From positions 6,727 to 70,726 of the forward strand of contig DZBJ01000003.1 in the NCBI GenBank assembly GCA_022736275.1: a stretch of 64,000 nt of DNA, in the 5' to 3' direction. The translations under genes were made by a program, and so were the position numbers. Below the pieces are notes generated by a model. It did no database searches. It was not told where the DNA came from and saw only the letters and a program-made list of their open reading frames with translations. Source of the DNA: Rikenella microfusus. GTDB taxonomy: Bacteria > Bacteroidota > Bacteroidia > Bacteroidales > VadinHA17. Below are positions 35,486 through 47,194 of the stretch, in pieces (positions within the stretch are counted from its first letter, which is position 1; each line of letters opens with the position of its first letter).

Positions 35486-38400
35486 CTACCTTACATTCCT
35501 GGCTATCCTGTCATACAGATCTTTGGGCTTAAAGGGCTTAAGCACATAGTCATTGATGGAGAGGTTGTCAATCTTGTCATTGGCTTCAGACATGACTGCT
35601 GCTGTCAGCGCTACGATGGGTATCTGACTTATCCTTCTGTCGGGTGAACTGCGAATGATGCGCGTAGCCTCAATACCATCCATCACAGGCATGTGAAGGT
35701 CCATCAGGATAAGGTCATACTCCTGCCTTTCGATCTCTTCAAGGGCAAGGCTGCCGTTCTCCACGTGTGTTACTATGACGCCCCAGCTTTCAAGGAATTT
35801 GTTGGCGACGAAGAAGTTTATCTTGTTGTCTTCGGCAACGAGGATCTTCTTGCCGGTCAGCTCTTTCATGGTTTCCGTGGCCCCCTGATCAGTTGCCCGG
35901 GCTTCGGTGGCCGGCACACTGTATTCAATTGAGAAGGTGAAAACCGATCCCTTTTCCGGTTCACTTATCACACTGATCTTGCCGCCCTGCAGATCAACGA
36001 GACGCCTGCAGATAGCCAGCCCCAGTCCTGTGCCTCCGTACTTCCGGGTGGTATCGGCTGAAGCCTGAGCATAACTCTCAAAGATCTCCTCAAGCTTCTC
36101 TGTGGCTATCCCGATGCCGGTGTCCGCCACTGAGAACTCAAGCAAAACATGGCCCTCCTGGCGTTCCAGAACAGATGCCTTAAGTGTCACACCCCCCTCA
36201 GAGGTAAATTTGATTGCATTGGAGAGAAGGTTTGATATTATCTGGTTAAGCCTGATGGGATCACCGATAAGTTCCGACGGCAGATCGGCCGACTTCTCAA
36301 CGGTGAAGGAGATGCCTTTCTCCTGGGCCCGGTGACTGTAAGACCTCTTCATGTCATCAAGCATGCTGACAAGGTCAAACTCAGTCTTCTCAAAGACAAT
36401 CTTCCCGGCCTCCATCTTGTTGTAGTCAAGGATGTCATTGACCAGGGTGAGGAGATGGTTGGCAGAGAAGTGGAGCGTCTTGATGTACTCCATCTGGTCC
36501 TCGCGGGGATTGCTCTGATAGAGCAGGTTGGTGATGCCTATCACTTCATTCAGAGGGGTCCTGATCTCGTGGCTCATGGTAGACATGAACTGCTGCTTTG
36601 AGAACGCGGCCTCCTCGGCTCTCTTGCGGGCGGTGATAAGATTGTCAAGCATCCTGCGCCGCTGCAGAGTCAGTACAATCTGGTTGGCGATGAACTCAAA
36701 CACCTGCAGATCGTCATTGTTGAATGCATCAATTGACTTATAGTCCTGAAGGCATATTGCACCGATGACCTCATCATCCATTCTCAGCGAAACACCCATC
36801 CATATCTTGCATGGAGAGCCCACGAGGCTGATGGCGCCGGTCTTTTCTATCTTCAGGATGTCATTCTCATCGAGAAGCACTGACTTATTGTTCCTTATGA
36901 CCCATCCTGTCAGAGTGTTTTTGGCAGAGGTCTCCTGGAAGTGGTCACGCTCATCGGCAAAGAAGGGGAAGGTAAGAGTATCCTTTTCCCGGTTGTAGAG
37001 CGCAATGAAGAAGTTGTTGACATTCCATAGTTTGCCTATCTCCTGAACGATTGTCGGATAGATATCAAAAATGTCAGAATCCTGGAGGGCTACAGTTGAA
37101 ATGTTGTACTGTATCTCCTGCATCAGGCGGCTCTTGATCTCGCTCGTGATATCACGGTAGATGCCCAGGAAAGCTATGGTCTTGTCATTAGATATAACTG
37201 AAGAGGCTATGAGTGAGACATTTATCCTGTTACCCAGCTTGTCTCTCCTTATTGTCTCCAAAGTGCCGGTGCCGTTGGCGAGGGCTACCTCATCAATCTT
37301 TATGGCTTCATCACGAAACTCATCAGGCACAACGAGATCGTCTATCATCCTGTTGTTTGCCTCATCGGGTTCATAACCGAAGAGCTTGGTGAAGCCATTA
37401 TTGATCTTCATTATCCGGCCGTCGAAATCTGTGAGAACGATAGCTTCAGGGGCTGCGTCAATGAGGTGTTCCAGCATTGCCTTTTCATTTGAGAGCTTCC
37501 TCTCATAATCCTTGTGCTTGCTTACGTCGGTCAGCACGCACCTGTATCCTGTGACACGGTTCCTTATAATTATGGGACCGGCATGAAACAGCACCGATAC
37601 ATTGCGCTTCTGCTTATTGACCAGAACATATTCATCAAAGGTGATCTGCCCGGGTTTGGTCAGGTCTGACAGCTCCTTCATCAGCCTGTCAAGGCCCTCC
37701 GGCAGAAAGAGCTCCTGGAGCGATACTCCCTCCGTAAGATCATTATTGTCAAACCCCAGTGTAAGCATTCCCTGTGTGTTCATGAAGGTGACATGTCCCC
37801 ATGTGTCAATCTCCATGATCATCTCGGGCAGGAGTTCGGCAAAGGTCTCAAACACGATACCCTGCTTGAGTATCTCGCTCTCCCTCTCTTTCTGATGCCT
37901 GCCTGCCTCCCATGTGACTACGATGTCACCTGACGAAAGAAGCAGTCCGATATAAAATCCTCCCTCATCGCTGCCGTCAGGTGAAACAGGTACTTTGCAC
38001 GGACTTCTTTTGGCTTCGATATTTTCAAGGAGTGTGAGAAAAGCAGGATTCTCTGCAAACGGTGTCTCACCTATCTCTTTGCCCAGCATCTCCTTGCGGT
38101 CGTACTGCTCGACGTCCTCAGCCCTGAAATTGAAGTCGATGATAAAATACCCCTTGTCGTTCTCACGCCTTAATATCACCGCATAACTGCTCATCGAGTC
38201 AAATATCTCCCTGAGGATCTTTTCCGATTCTGCCCTGGCAAATCCGCTGTTCAGGGTGCTTATGTCATTGTAATAGGTGATGAGAAAGATGTCTTCACCG
38301 AAGATGAATGTGCGGGCACTGAAGAGGAATGTGCGCTCCTCTCCCGATCTCATGCGCAAACTGATCTCAAGGTCACTCACCCTCTTCAGGCGAGTCAGGA

Positions 38401-38689
38401 GCCTTATGTACTTGCGGCTTTGTATAAGATCAACATAAAGCTGGATATCCTCGGAGGTCTTGCCGACTATCTCTTCCTTGCTATAACCGGTTGTGTCAAG
38501 AAACGCCTGGTTTACTTCGATGTATTGCTGGGTCTCAAGATTGCTCAGGGTGATCAGCTGGTTGGTTGTGTTGAATGCCAGCTCTGGTATGTCTGCAAGA
38601 TGTTTCAGAGAGACCACAAATGCGGGTTGCGGATCAGATTTTCTGGTTTTCTCTTTGCGGGTTTCCATCTGATGGCTCTCTAAGTTCAC
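35486..38689 (-). CDS. Hybrid sensor histidine kinase/response regulator (multiple PAS domains, GAF, HisKA, HATPase_c, REC)
   Basis: 1067 aa with the H-box [15 protein letters not shown]-boxes DTGIGI and [14 protein letters not shown], and a C-terminal receiver (ILVAEDN...[13 protein letters not shown]...KP). Confidence 0.9.
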   Translation of the reverse strand: MNLESHQMETRKEKTRKSDPQPAFVVSLKHLADIPELAFNTTNQLITLSNLETQQYIEVNQAFLDTTGYSKEEIVGKTSEDIQLYVDLIQSRKYIRLLTRLKRVSDLEISLRMRSGEERTFLFSARTFIFGEDIFLITYYNDISTLNSGFARAESEKILREIFDSMSSYAVILRRENDKGYFIIDFNFRAEDVEQYDRKEMLGKEIGETPFAENPAFLTLLENIEAKRSPCKVPVSPDGSDEGGFYIGLLLSSGDIVVTWEAGRHQKERESEILKQGIVFETFAELLPEMIMEIDTWGHVTFMNTQGMLTLGFDNNDLTEGVSLQELFLPEGLDRLMKELSDLTKPGQITFDEYVLVNKQKRNVSVLFHAGPIIIRNRVTGYRCVLTDVSKHKDYERKLSNEKAMLEHLIDAAPEAIVLTDFDGRIMKINNGFTKLFGYEPDEANNRMIDDLVVPDEFRDEAIKIDEVALANGTGTLETIRRDKLGNRINVSLIASSVISNDKTIAFLGIYRDITSEIKSRLMQEIQYNISTVALQDSDIFDIYPTIVQEIGKLWNVNNFFIALYNREKDTLTFPFFADERDHFQETSAKNTLTGWVIRNNKSVLLDENDILKIEKTGAISLVGSPCKIWMGVSLRMDDEVIGAICLQDYKSIDAFNNDDLQVFEFIANQIVLTLQRRRMLDNLITARKRAEEAAFSKQQFMSTMSHEIRTPLNEVIGITNLLYQSNPREDQMEYIKTLHFSANHLLTLVNDILDYNKMEAGKIVFEKTEFDLVSMLDDMKRSYSHRAQEKGISFTVEKSADLPSELIGDPIRLNQIISNLLSNAIKFTSEGGVTLKASVLERQEGHVLLEFSVADTGIGIATEKLEEIFESYAQASADTTRKYGGTGLGLAICRRLVDLQGGKISVISEPEKGSVFTFSIEYSVPATEARATDQGATETMKELTGKKILVAEDNKINFFVANKFLESWGVIVTHVENGSLALEEIERQEYDLILMDLHMPVMDGIEATRIIRSSPDRRISQIPIVALTAAVMSEANDKIDNLSINDYVLKPFKPKDLYDRIARNVR

Positions 38690-38765
38690 TACTCGTCCCG
38701 TGAGTGCGGGTTGTGTGCAGCAATAATTTTAATCTCAACTTTACAACGCTATTCGTCCGGCAATA

Positions 38766-39416
38766 TTATGCCTTCTCTCCCGTCTCCTTCTGATAATAAG
38801 CGCACCATTGCGCTAATCCGCAATTTTCACATAACGGTTTGCGCGCAGTACACGTATATCGGCCGTGAAGCAGAAGCCAGTGATGCGCCAGCGGTCGCTG
38901 CTCCTCCGGTATTTCCCTTGTCAGCCTCAACTCTGACTGCAGCGGGTTCTTTGCTCCGGGTGTAAGACCGATGCGTCGTGCAACCCTGAAGACATGCGTA
39001 TCAACTGCAATGACAGGATTTTTCCATACCACTGAGGTGATGACGTTAGCGGTTTTTCTCCCCACACCCGGGAGCAGTGTCAGTTCATCCCTGTCAGTGG
39101 GCATTACGCCACGGAAGCGGTTAACGATCATATCTGCCATGCCCCTGAGATGCTTTGCCTTGTTGTTCGGGTATGAACAGCTTTTAATCAGCTCCAAAAT
39201 CTCCTCCTGCGAGGCGCCGGCCATCGACCGGGCATCGGGGAACCGCTCAAAAAGGGCAGGGGTGATCATGTTGACCCGCTTGTCAGTGCATTGCGCAGTA
39301 AGGATAACAGCCACTGCCAGCTGAAAGGGGTCACTGTAACTGAGCTCTGTCTCTGCAACAGGCATATTGGCAGCAAACCATCCCATTACGCCATTGTACC
39401 TCTCACTGATCTTCAC
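38766..39416 (-). CDS. nth: Endonuclease III
   Basis: 216 aa with the HhH-GPD motif LPGVGRKTANV and a C-terminal 4Fe-4S cluster loop C..C..C....C. Confidence 0.95.
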   Translation of the reverse strand: MKISERYNGVMGWFAANMPVAETELSYSDPFQLAVAVILTAQCTDKRVNMITPALFERFPDARSMAGASQEEILELIKSCSYPNNKAKHLRGMADMIVNRFRGVMPTDRDELTLLPGVGRKTANVITSVVWKNPVIAVDTHVFRVARRIGLTPGAKNPLQSELRLTREIPEEQRPLAHHWLLLHGRYTCTARKPLCENCGLAQWCAYYQKETGEKA

Positions 39417-39532
39417 GGACCTCTGTTGTTTCAGGGGATTAAAGTAACATTTTTTTACTTTACCCCGATAATGCTACATAATGTGAATAAAATCATGGTA
39501 ATTATTTGTTCGGTTTACTATTTTTCGCCACG

Positions 39533-40585
39533 ATGGAGAATATCAGGATTAACACAGTAAACGGGAGGTCATTGGTTATCATGGGAGGAGACCTGAAGAC
39601 CGTCGGAGACCTCATCCCCGGCAAGGGGGTGTTCATCATCACTGACACGATCGTGAAGAAACTCTACGGAAGCACCTTCCCGGCAGGGGAGGTGCTTGAA
39701 ACAGAGCCCGGTGAGAAGAGCAAGACCCTGACTGTGGCAGGCGATCTCTGCAGAAGGCTGCTCGAGACAGGTGCCGACCGCTCCTCATTCATTCTTGGTT
39801 TCGGCGGCGGCGTTGTCTGTGACCTTGCCGGGCTGGTTGCCTCAGTCTATATGAGAGGAGTGAGGCATGCCTTTGTCTCCACTACACTCCTGTCGCAGGT
39901 TGATGCCAGCATAGGCGGCAAGACAGGGGTGAACCTGGGAGATTACAAGAACATCATCGGAACCTTCAGACAGCCTGAGTTTGTGCTTTGTGACCACCGC
40001 ATGCTATCAACACTACCCGCAGAGGAATATCGTTCGGGTATGGGTGAACTGATAAAGCATGCCGTGATCAGGGACCGGAACCTTTTCTTTGATATTGCCG
40101 CATCGCTCGACAGGATATTTGAACGTGACCCGTCAACAATCGGAGACTTTATCGCCCGGGCGGTCAAAATCAAGGCAGCCGTAGTAAGGCGTGATCCGCT
40201 GGAAAAGGGAATCAGGCGGATATTAAACTTCGGTCATACCTTCGGGCATGTGCTCGAGACATATTACAGGATCCCCCACGGCGTGGCAGTGACGCAGGGA
40301 ATGCTGATAGCCGCGGAGTTGTCGGTATGGATCGGAGAGTTGCCCCATGCTGAGTTCAGGATGCTTGAGGTGGCTCTGGCAGAGACGGGAATGAAGTCTG
40401 ATTATGAGCTTCCGCCAAATGTCGTAAGCCTTGTTTCAAAGGACAAAAAGAATATATCAGGCTCCCTTAATGTCGTTCTCCTGAGATCGGTGGGAAGGGC
40501 TTTTGTCAGAAATATCTCCCTGACGGAGCTGATATCCTTTGTTGAATATTATCGTGAGAGCAAAATGAGAAGTCAACCAGTTTAA
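39533..40585 (+). CDS. aroB: 3-dehydroquinate synthase
   Basis: Motifs GGGVVCDLAG, DASIGGKTGVN and NFGHTFGH. The ORF track begins at a TTG at 39506. I prefer the ATG at 39533 (MENIRIN...). Confidence 0.9.
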   Translation: MENIRINTVNGRSLVIMGGDLKTVGDLIPGKGVFIITDTIVKKLYGSTFPAGEVLETEPGEKSKTLTVAGDLCRRLLETGADRSSFILGFGGGVVCDLAGLVASVYMRGVRHAFVSTTLLSQVDASIGGKTGVNLGDYKNIIGTFRQPEFVLCDHRMLSTLPAEEYRSGMGELIKHAVIRDRNLFFDIAASLDRIFERDPSTIGDFIARAVKIKAAVVRRDPLEKGIRRILNFGHTFGHVLETYYRIPHGVAVTQGMLIAAELSVWIGELPHAEFRMLEVALAETGMKSDYELPPNVVSLVSKDKKNISGSLNVVLLRSVGRAFVRNISLTELISFVEYYRESKMRSQPV

Positions 40586-40594
40586 GGAAAGAAA

Positions 40595-41590
40595 ATGAAT
40601 ACACTCGGCACTATTTTCAGAGTATCAATTTTCGGGGAGTCCCACGGCGCGGCAGTGGGAGTGGTTATCGACGGTTGTCCGGCCGGTCTGCCCTTCTGGA
40701 GGGAGGAACTGATGGCTGACCTGTCGAGGCGCAAGGGGCTGCTGCCGGGAACAACCCCGAGGAAGGAGAGTGACGAGCCGGAGGTCATCAGCGGTATTTA
40801 CAATAATTTTACCACTGGCGGACCACTGGTGTTATGCACGAGGAACGCCGACTTCAGACCGGGCGACTACGAGCAGTTTTCCAGCATCCCGAGGCCGGGC
40901 CACGCAGATTTTACTGCCGGATATAAATACAAGGGTTTCAGTGATATGCGGGGTGGTGGTCATTTCTCCGGCCGCCTGACCTGGGGCATGGTTACTGCAG
41001 GATACTTTGCAAAGAAGATTCTCTCACCGGCAATAATCACTGCCAGCCTTATTGAAGCTGGAGGTGAGAAAGAGATCGCTGCTGCCATCGCAAAGGCGAT
41101 GGAGACAAATGATACGGTCGGCGGAGTGGTTGAATGCGTGGTCAGGAATGTCCCGAAAGGACTGGGCGAACCCTCATTCCTTTCAGTTGAGGCAGCCCTC
41201 GGACAGATTGCCTTCGGGATACCAGCGGTAAACGGGGTGGAGTTCGGTGCAGGATTTGCATCGTCAAGGAGCTACGGATCACAGCATAATGACCCGTTCG
41301 TCGACGCCCGGGGAAAGACCTCCACTAATAATGCGGGAGGAATCAACGGTGGAATAACCAACGGCAATGATCTGGTTATGAGGGTCTCTGTGAAGCCTGC
41401 TGCAAGCACCGGAGTGCCTCAGAAGACTTTTGATACTGAAAAGGGAGAGATGACTGAACTGGAAATAACCGGAAGACATGATTCATGCATCGCCAGGAGA
41501 ATTCCTGTCATCCTTGAGTCTGCAGTGGCAATGGGCCTTGCAGACCTCCTTATGATTGACAGGGCAATTAACGGTGTGAGGGAGAGATAG
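40595..41590 (+). CDS. aroC: Chorismate synthase
   Basis: 331 aa with FRVSIFGESHG, RPGHADF and GGGHFSGR. It is somewhat shorter than the E. coli enzyme. Confidence 0.9.
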   Translation: MNTLGTIFRVSIFGESHGAAVGVVIDGCPAGLPFWREELMADLSRRKGLLPGTTPRKESDEPEVISGIYNNFTTGGPLVLCTRNADFRPGDYEQFSSIPRPGHADFTAGYKYKGFSDMRGGGHFSGRLTWGMVTAGYFAKKILSPAIITASLIEAGGEKEIAAAIAKAMETNDTVGGVVECVVRNVPKGLGEPSFLSVEAALGQIAFGIPAVNGVEFGAGFASSRSYGSQHNDPFVDARGKTSTNNAGGINGGITNGNDLVMRVSVKPAASTGVPQKTFDTEKGEMTELEITGRHDSCIARRIPVILESAVAMGLADLLMIDRAINGVRER

Positions 41591-41626
41591 ACAACTTCCG
41601 TGCAGCAGCATTGCCCGTCCAGACCG

Positions 41627-42946
41627 TCATAACGTAAGCATCAGGATCTTGCCGGAATGATCGGTAACCCTGAACCGGTCATCGATCCGGTATCCCATAA
41701 CCCACATCACCTCATCATCCGAAAGCAGCAGAAGTACCCTTTCCTTTTCCGTAACAGGAATCTTCATATCGGTCAGGAAGTCACTTATCTTTTTCTTCTG
41801 CTTCATCCCCAGGGGCATGAACCTGTCACCTGGCTCCCAGTGCCTGACCCTTACCGGGAAGGATACCCTGTCCAGATCAAGACAGGCTGTCAGCGGACTT
41901 ACCGGAAGGGGATCACCGGAAGGATCCTTTATATGAAGTTCGGCAAACAGTCCTGACATTCGCATCTCATCTATTGAAGAGAAGCTGAAGTCAACAGGCT
42001 TTCCGGCATCTCTGGGGGTTATGATAATCCTTCCTCTGTCACAGAGGAGACGGTGGGTGGAGGTGTAAAGAGATTTTCCCGTTTGAGAACCGAGCAATGA
42101 GATCACCTCCTCAGTCTGCCGCGGGGAGATGCCAAAATCTCTGAAAAGCTCATAGATATGCGGACCGAGGGGCTTAAGGGACATGAGACCCGCTATGTCG
42201 GCTTCAGATATGTTTCCTGAATGACTCCTGATGAGAGTCTCACGGAGGTGTGCGGTACAGACCTCAACAATTGCCGAGGAGGCAGCCAGATGACTCATGG
42301 TATCGGTTATGGCATTCAGAACCCCGGGATTTACCTTCTCCATCTCAGGCAAAATCATGTGCCTGATTCTGTTGCGGGTGTATTTGATCTGCGCATTTGA
42401 GCTGTCTTCACGAAAGATTATCTTCTTTTCCGAGGCAAAGGCCGTGATCTCATCCCTGGTGGCAAAGAGGAGAGGCCTGATTATACCGTTACGGTGCTGG
42501 CTCATTCCGGTAAGCCCGGTGAGTCCGGTGCCCCTCAGCAGGTTGATAAGAAAGGTTTCCACGTTGTCATTCAGGTTATGGGCAACGGCCACAGTATCGA
42601 ACCCCTCTCGGCTTGCAAGTGAGCTGAACCATGCGTATCGCAGCTCGCGGGCAGCCATCTGGACAGATATCTTTTTTTTGGCGGCATGAGCCAGGGTATC
42701 AAATCTCATTGTGAAAAAGGGAATGTTGTGCTCACCGGCATAAGCGGCAACAAACTCCTCATCACCGTCAGATTCCTCTCCCCGGAGTGAGAAGTTACAG
42801 TGTGCTATCGCGTGTTCCTGGCCTGCATTGCAGTAGAGCCAGGCCATTACCATCGAATCGATTCCCCCGCTGACAGCAAGCAGCACCCTGCTGCCGCTGC
42901 TGAAAAGTCTTTCCTGTATGGCGAAATCGAGAAACTTCTGAAGCAT
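41627..42946 (-). CDS. tilS: tRNA(Ile)-lysidine synthetase
   Basis: 439 aa with the PP-loop motif AVSGGIDS and AHNLNDNVETFL. Confidence 0.9.
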   Translation of the reverse strand: MLQKFLDFAIQERLFSSGSRVLLAVSGGIDSMVMAWLYCNAGQEHAIAHCNFSLRGEESDGDEEFVAAYAGEHNIPFFTMRFDTLAHAAKKKISVQMAARELRYAWFSSLASREGFDTVAVAHNLNDNVETFLINLLRGTGLTGLTGMSQHRNGIIRPLLFATRDEITAFASEKKIIFREDSSNAQIKYTRNRIRHMILPEMEKVNPGVLNAITDTMSHLAASSAIVEVCTAHLRETLIRSHSGNISEADIAGLMSLKPLGPHIYELFRDFGISPRQTEEVISLLGSQTGKSLYTSTHRLLCDRGRIIITPRDAGKPVDFSFSSIDEMRMSGLFAELHIKDPSGDPLPVSPLTACLDLDRVSFPVRVRHWEPGDRFMPLGMKQKKKISDFLTDMKIPVTEKERVLLLLSDDEVMWVMGYRIDDRFRVTDHSGKILMLTL

Positions 42947-43029
42947 TACTTTTTGCTTTTTGCAAAGTTAAGCATCATGAATAAGATTGTGCTTCTCGTT
43001 CCATAAAAAGATACTCCGCTGAAGTTTTG

Positions 43030-44853
43030 TCACCGGAAAGGCAGCACCCCGGGAGGGCTAGGATCAAAATTCGGAGGTTTCAGTCTGACGACGCCGTCGA
43101 TGTCGAACCAAGATTTTTCCGAGTAGGGCGGTGTGTTCGGATACCAGGCGAATCTGATCTGCAAGGTGTTCAGCACAAGCTGATCATTCCTGATCCTGAT
43201 ACCGGCCCCGATGGCAGGAACGGTATAGGATCCTCCGCTGGAGAACCCCTCCGGTGCCAGTATCCCGACATCAGCAAATGCAAAAAGAGCGAACCTGAAG
43301 CCTATCAGACCCTTATTGATCAGCAAAACCGGCTCCATCGAGAATACCAGACGGGTTTCTCCGCCTATCGAATCGTTTCTGAAGCCTCTCACAAGGTCAC
43401 TGTTCTTCAGGTACAGAAACTCATCGGTATAGCGGTTGAAACCCCTTGTGTAATAAAGGTTGACGAAAGTCCTTACCTTAGACCTGCCTGCCTGCATCAG
43501 CGGGGTGAAATACCTGAAGCTGGCTTGCGTCATGCCCTGTTCCGTACGGCCCTGGTTATAAAACGTCGAAATGCTGGCTCCGCCATAGATATAGCCAATC
43601 CTTGTGAAGATATTGCCGAATGATATCTTTATCCCGGCATATGTCCTCCATTTGAATTCATTATTCTCCCTGCCGCCCAGCAGCTCAACCATATATCCGT
43701 ATGGAATGTCCTCTGTCCTTCCGTAACTGTATATGAGAGATGTATTTACAAATCTCTGTGATGAGATTGCCAGACTGCCTGTCACCATCTGGTAATTCTG
43801 AAGGCGGTAGTAGGAGAAATCATCTATCTCAGGCCTGCTGAAGACATTGTTGTGGATATACCTGCCGCTGAAAATCAGTCGTGTCACCCTGCTCCGGTCA
43901 ACCATGAACGCCCGTGACAGCCAGTAGTCCTGGTAGGTGTAACTGAGCGGTACCGCCTGCACCATTGTATCCAGATCTTCAGAGGTATATGTGAGCATCA
44001 ACGATGCTGACCATGCATATTTTGTATCCGAGGTCACGAACTCACGGCTGAACACGCCTCCCATCGTGGTTGTTCCCAGGCCGTCAGCGAATTCCAGGTC
44101 AAGGTTGGCGAGGGTACCCCTTATGTTTGTGACTGAATACCTGGCACCGAACCCGGGATAAGGGAATTCATTGAAGTTGTATGGCATCGACAGGGTCAGT
44201 TCATGGCCCATTCCTGCAAAGTTCTTGTCGAAAGCCCTGATCATGCCTCTTTCGACATCATCGAACCTGACACTGGCCCCGTACGGGTATTTTTCCCGGA
44301 CAATAACGGCGATATCTGCAAAGATGCTGTCAACGGCTACTATTATAATCCGGGCATCATCAACGAATGGCAATTCTCGCAGGAGACGTTCATTATCGGC
44401 CAGCCTCAGTGAGGATACAGTATCTCCTTCATTGAAAAGGAGGTACTTGTTCAGGACAAACTTCTTTGTTTTTGTATATGATGAATTTAAAAGCTTCTCA
44501 ACTTTTGACGGGTCATTCTCCTCCGGGTTATCTATGTTTGTGCCAAAGGCATTAAGCCGGATGATCTGCATGTTCCTTATTACCCTGCCTTCATATGCAT
44601 CGTAAGCTGAGGTGTTTTTCATGTTTTCCCTCGCTGAGCCCGGCGGCACGGGCCTGACAATGATCATGTCATAAAGCAGGCTGGTTATCCTGCGTTTCTC
44701 AGCCCTGACCTTCAGAGAGTCATAAAATGCTTTTGACAGCGTGTCATTCGGGGTCACCTCCTGGGCCTTCAGATGGGAGCCGGGAGAAAAGAGCAAGAGG
44801 TGAAAAAGCAAAAATGATCCGGGGAGTATGAATTTATTGACGCATGGCTTCAC
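43030..44853 (-). CDS. Omp85/BamA-TpsB-like outer-membrane beta-barrel with a POTRA-like N-terminal domain
   Basis: 607 aa with a signal peptide. The POTRA-like segment runs IRNMQIIRLN...GDTVSSLRLADNERLLRELPFVDDARIIIV. The rest alternates hydrophobic residues in a beta-strand pattern and ends in an aromatic-rich C-terminus (..GVLPFR). Confidence 0.5.
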   Translation of the reverse strand: MKPCVNKFILPGSFLLFHLLLFSPGSHLKAQEVTPNDTLSKAFYDSLKVRAEKRRITSLLYDMIIVRPVPPGSARENMKNTSAYDAYEGRVIRNMQIIRLNAFGTNIDNPEENDPSKVEKLLNSSYTKTKKFVLNKYLLFNEGDTVSSLRLADNERLLRELPFVDDARIIIVAVDSIFADIAVIVREKYPYGASVRFDDVERGMIRAFDKNFAGMGHELTLSMPYNFNEFPYPGFGARYSVTNIRGTLANLDLEFADGLGTTTMGGVFSREFVTSDTKYAWSASLMLTYTSEDLDTMVQAVPLSYTYQDYWLSRAFMVDRSRVTRLIFSGRYIHNNVFSRPEIDDFSYYRLQNYQMVTGSLAISSQRFVNTSLIYSYGRTEDIPYGYMVELLGGRENNEFKWRTYAGIKISFGNIFTRIGYIYGGASISTFYNQGRTEQGMTQASFRYFTPLMQAGRSKVRTFVNLYYTRGFNRYTDEFLYLKNSDLVRGFRNDSIGGETRLVFSMEPVLLINKGLIGFRFALFAFADVGILAPEGFSSGGSYTVPAIGAGIRIRNDQLVLNTLQIRFAWYPNTPPYSEKSWFDIDGVVRLKPPNFDPSPPGVLPFR

Positions 44854-45563
44854 TGTGTCTTTGAATTGGCATCCAGAACATCGTCAGAGTTAAACTGAAA
44901 CCCCAGCCTTTTCCCGGTTATCAGCCGTGAATGCTGAATCTTAGATTCTGCCTGACCTACGGAAGCGATCTTCACAGTGTCATATGGCGGCACCAGCAGA
45001 TCAAATTCGAGTGAATAGTTGATGGCGGTATAAACGACTTTTTGCAGTGACTCAATGCTGAAGGCTTCATTTCCGTAGTTGGTGAAAAGCATTCCCATCT
45101 GCCTTTTACCTTCGACAAAGTACTGGTTCTCATGGTTGATGAAAATACGGGCGATGAGATATCCCAGGTCATCGAGCCTTTGATATTTGAATGAGTCAGC
45201 CAGGAAGTTGTAAATGTTTATTATACCGCTGTAGGCGTTGAACTTGTTTTTCTGAATATATGCGGTTTTCCAGGCGGGATGTTCACGGTCAAACTGGAAA
45301 ATGTTGGAGTGCATGCTGAAGAGAAGCGTGTCGGCAGCAACCATCAGTTGCGCGTCAAAAGTACTCCTGTCAGTATATTCCATGCGTACCCTGGGGTCTA
45401 CTCCTCCAAGGTTGCCGTTCACCTCCTTCGCCAATTGCTTGAGTATCTCCTTGATCATCATGAAAACCGTTCCGGTATTGTCAAAGACCTTCTGCTTAAG
45501 TACGGACTTGGTCTTCAGGGTCTCAACTATCAATGCCTTTCTCTGGCCTGTATCGTCAGTCAT
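44850..45563 (-). CDS. Hypothetical protein without a signal peptide
   Basis: 237 aa with no recognised motif. It overlaps the downstream Omp85-like gene by 4 nt. Confidence 0.6.
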   Translation of the reverse strand: MTDDTGQRKALIVETLKTKSVLKQKVFDNTGTVFMMIKEILKQLAKEVNGNLGGVDPRVRMEYTDRSTFDAQLMVAADTLLFSMHSNIFQFDREHPAWKTAYIQKNKFNAYSGIINIYNFLADSFKYQRLDDLGYLIARIFINHENQYFVEGKRQMGMLFTNYGNEAFSIESLQKVVYTAINYSLEFDLLVPPYDTVKIASVGQAESKIQHSRLITGKRLGFQFNSDDVLDANSKTQ

Positions 45564-45628
45564 GATAATTATGTTTGCTCAACCGACTAAATTAATCTTT
45601 TAATTGAAATCAAATACGGGGCGGTGAA

Positions 45629-47104
45629 TTAATATGCCCTGGCAAAGAGCACCCTCCTGTGAGAAGGCTGGCCTGTAAGGATACATTTGCCCTCTTCCTC
45701 CGGACTGTTGAACGGTATCGCCCTGATGGTGGCTTTGGACAGGTTCTTGATCTTCTCCTCGGTCTCAGCCGTTCCATCCCAGTGTGCCATCACAAATCCT
45801 CCTTTGTTTTCAATGATATCCATAAACTCATCCCAGGTGTCAACCCTGTATGTATTACGGGTCCTGAATTCAAAGGCCTTCCTGTAGATGTTTTTCTGTA
45901 TCTCATCCATCAGGGTTGTTACATGCTCAACGATATTCTCACGACTCACGGTCTCCTTGGTCAGGGTGTCACGGCGCGCAACCTCTACAGTGCCTTCAGT
46001 TGCATCACGGGGGCCAATGGCCAGCCTTACGGGGACACCCTTCAGTTCGTACTCGGCAAATTTGAAGCCTGGTTTCTGGGTGTCACGGTCGTCATACTTT
46101 ACGGACAGACCTGCCTTTTCAAGCTTTTCCTTCATCTCAAGAGCTATGGCAGATATTGAGTCAAGCTGTTCATTTCCCTTGTATATGGGGACTATCACCA
46201 CCTGTATGGGTGCCAGCTTCGGAGGAAGAACCAGTCCGTTGTTGTCTGCATGAGCCATTACGAGAGCTCCTATAAGCCTTGTGGTCACACCCCATGAAGT
46301 GGCCCAGACGTAGTCAAGTTTGCCTTCGCGGCTGGTGAACTGAACATCGAACGCCTTTGCAAAATTCTGCCCCAGGAAATGACTTGTGCCTCCCTGTAGT
46401 GCCTTGCCGTCCTGCATAAGCATCTCAATGGTGTATGTATCAATGGCCCCCGCAAACTTCTCGCTCTCGGTCTTGACCCCCTTAATCACAGGCACAGCCA
46501 TGTAATTCTCAACAAAATCCGAATAGACACCCTGCATCCTCAATGCCTCCTCCTGAGCCTCTTCCATCGTGGCATGTGCAGTATGTCCTTCCTGCCAGAG
46601 GAACTCCGTTGTACGCAGGAAGAGCCTGGTGCGCATCTCCCACCTGACCACGTTCGCCCACTGGTTTATAAGCAGGGGAAGGTCACGGTATGACTGTATC
46701 CAGTCCTTGTAGGTGTTCCATATGATGGTCTCTGACGTGGGCCTGATAATAAGCTCCTCCTCCAGTTTGGCATCCGGATCCACAACAATGCCCTTCCCGT
46801 CAGGTGAAGTCTTCAGGCGATAATGGGTTACTACCGCGCACTCCTTCGCAAACCCCTCAACATGAGCAGCTTCCCTGCTGAAAAACGATTTCGGGATGAA
46901 GAGCGGGAAATAGGCGTTGACATGCCCTGTGGCCTTGAATTTCCTGTCGAGCTCAGCCTGAACCTTCTCCCAGATGGCGTAACCGTATGGTTTGATCACC
47001 ATGCATCCGCGCACTGCCGAGTTCTCGGCCAGATCGGCTTTGATCACCAGATCATTGTACCATTGTGAATAATTTTCCTCCCTGTTAGTAAGAAACTTGG
47101 CCAT
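45629..47104 (-). CDS. proS: Proline--tRNA ligase (archaeal/eukaryote-like type)
   Basis: 491 aa with class-II motifs (..IRPTSE.., ..[14 protein letters not shown]..). The C-terminal domain ends ..VLFARAY. Confidence 0.95.
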   Translation of the reverse strand: MAKFLTNREENYSQWYNDLVIKADLAENSAVRGCMVIKPYGYAIWEKVQAELDRKFKATGHVNAYFPLFIPKSFFSREAAHVEGFAKECAVVTHYRLKTSPDGKGIVVDPDAKLEEELIIRPTSETIIWNTYKDWIQSYRDLPLLINQWANVVRWEMRTRLFLRTTEFLWQEGHTAHATMEEAQEEALRMQGVYSDFVENYMAVPVIKGVKTESEKFAGAIDTYTIEMLMQDGKALQGGTSHFLGQNFAKAFDVQFTSREGKLDYVWATSWGVTTRLIGALVMAHADNNGLVLPPKLAPIQVVIVPIYKGNEQLDSISAIALEMKEKLEKAGLSVKYDDRDTQKPGFKFAEYELKGVPVRLAIGPRDATEGTVEVARRDTLTKETVSRENIVEHVTTLMDEIQKNIYRKAFEFRTRNTYRVDTWDEFMDIIENKGGFVMAHWDGTAETEEKIKNLSKATIRAIPFNSPEEEGKCILTGQPSHRRVLFARAY

Positions 47105-47194
47105 TCCGCAGTTATAGTATTAGAATAATTGTCAATCAGCAAAAAAGATTTCGTAAAAATAGACAAAACTAGCGAACCTAAAAGTAAGAGGCCC

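Noticed and set aside
43027-43623. A 198-aa plus-strand ORF overlapping the 3' part of the Omp85-like gene. Similar cases are 56211-56777, 13674-14063 and 51058-51540.
   Set aside because: All lie antisense to longer ORFs with coherent domain architecture, and none has supporting start context or motifs.
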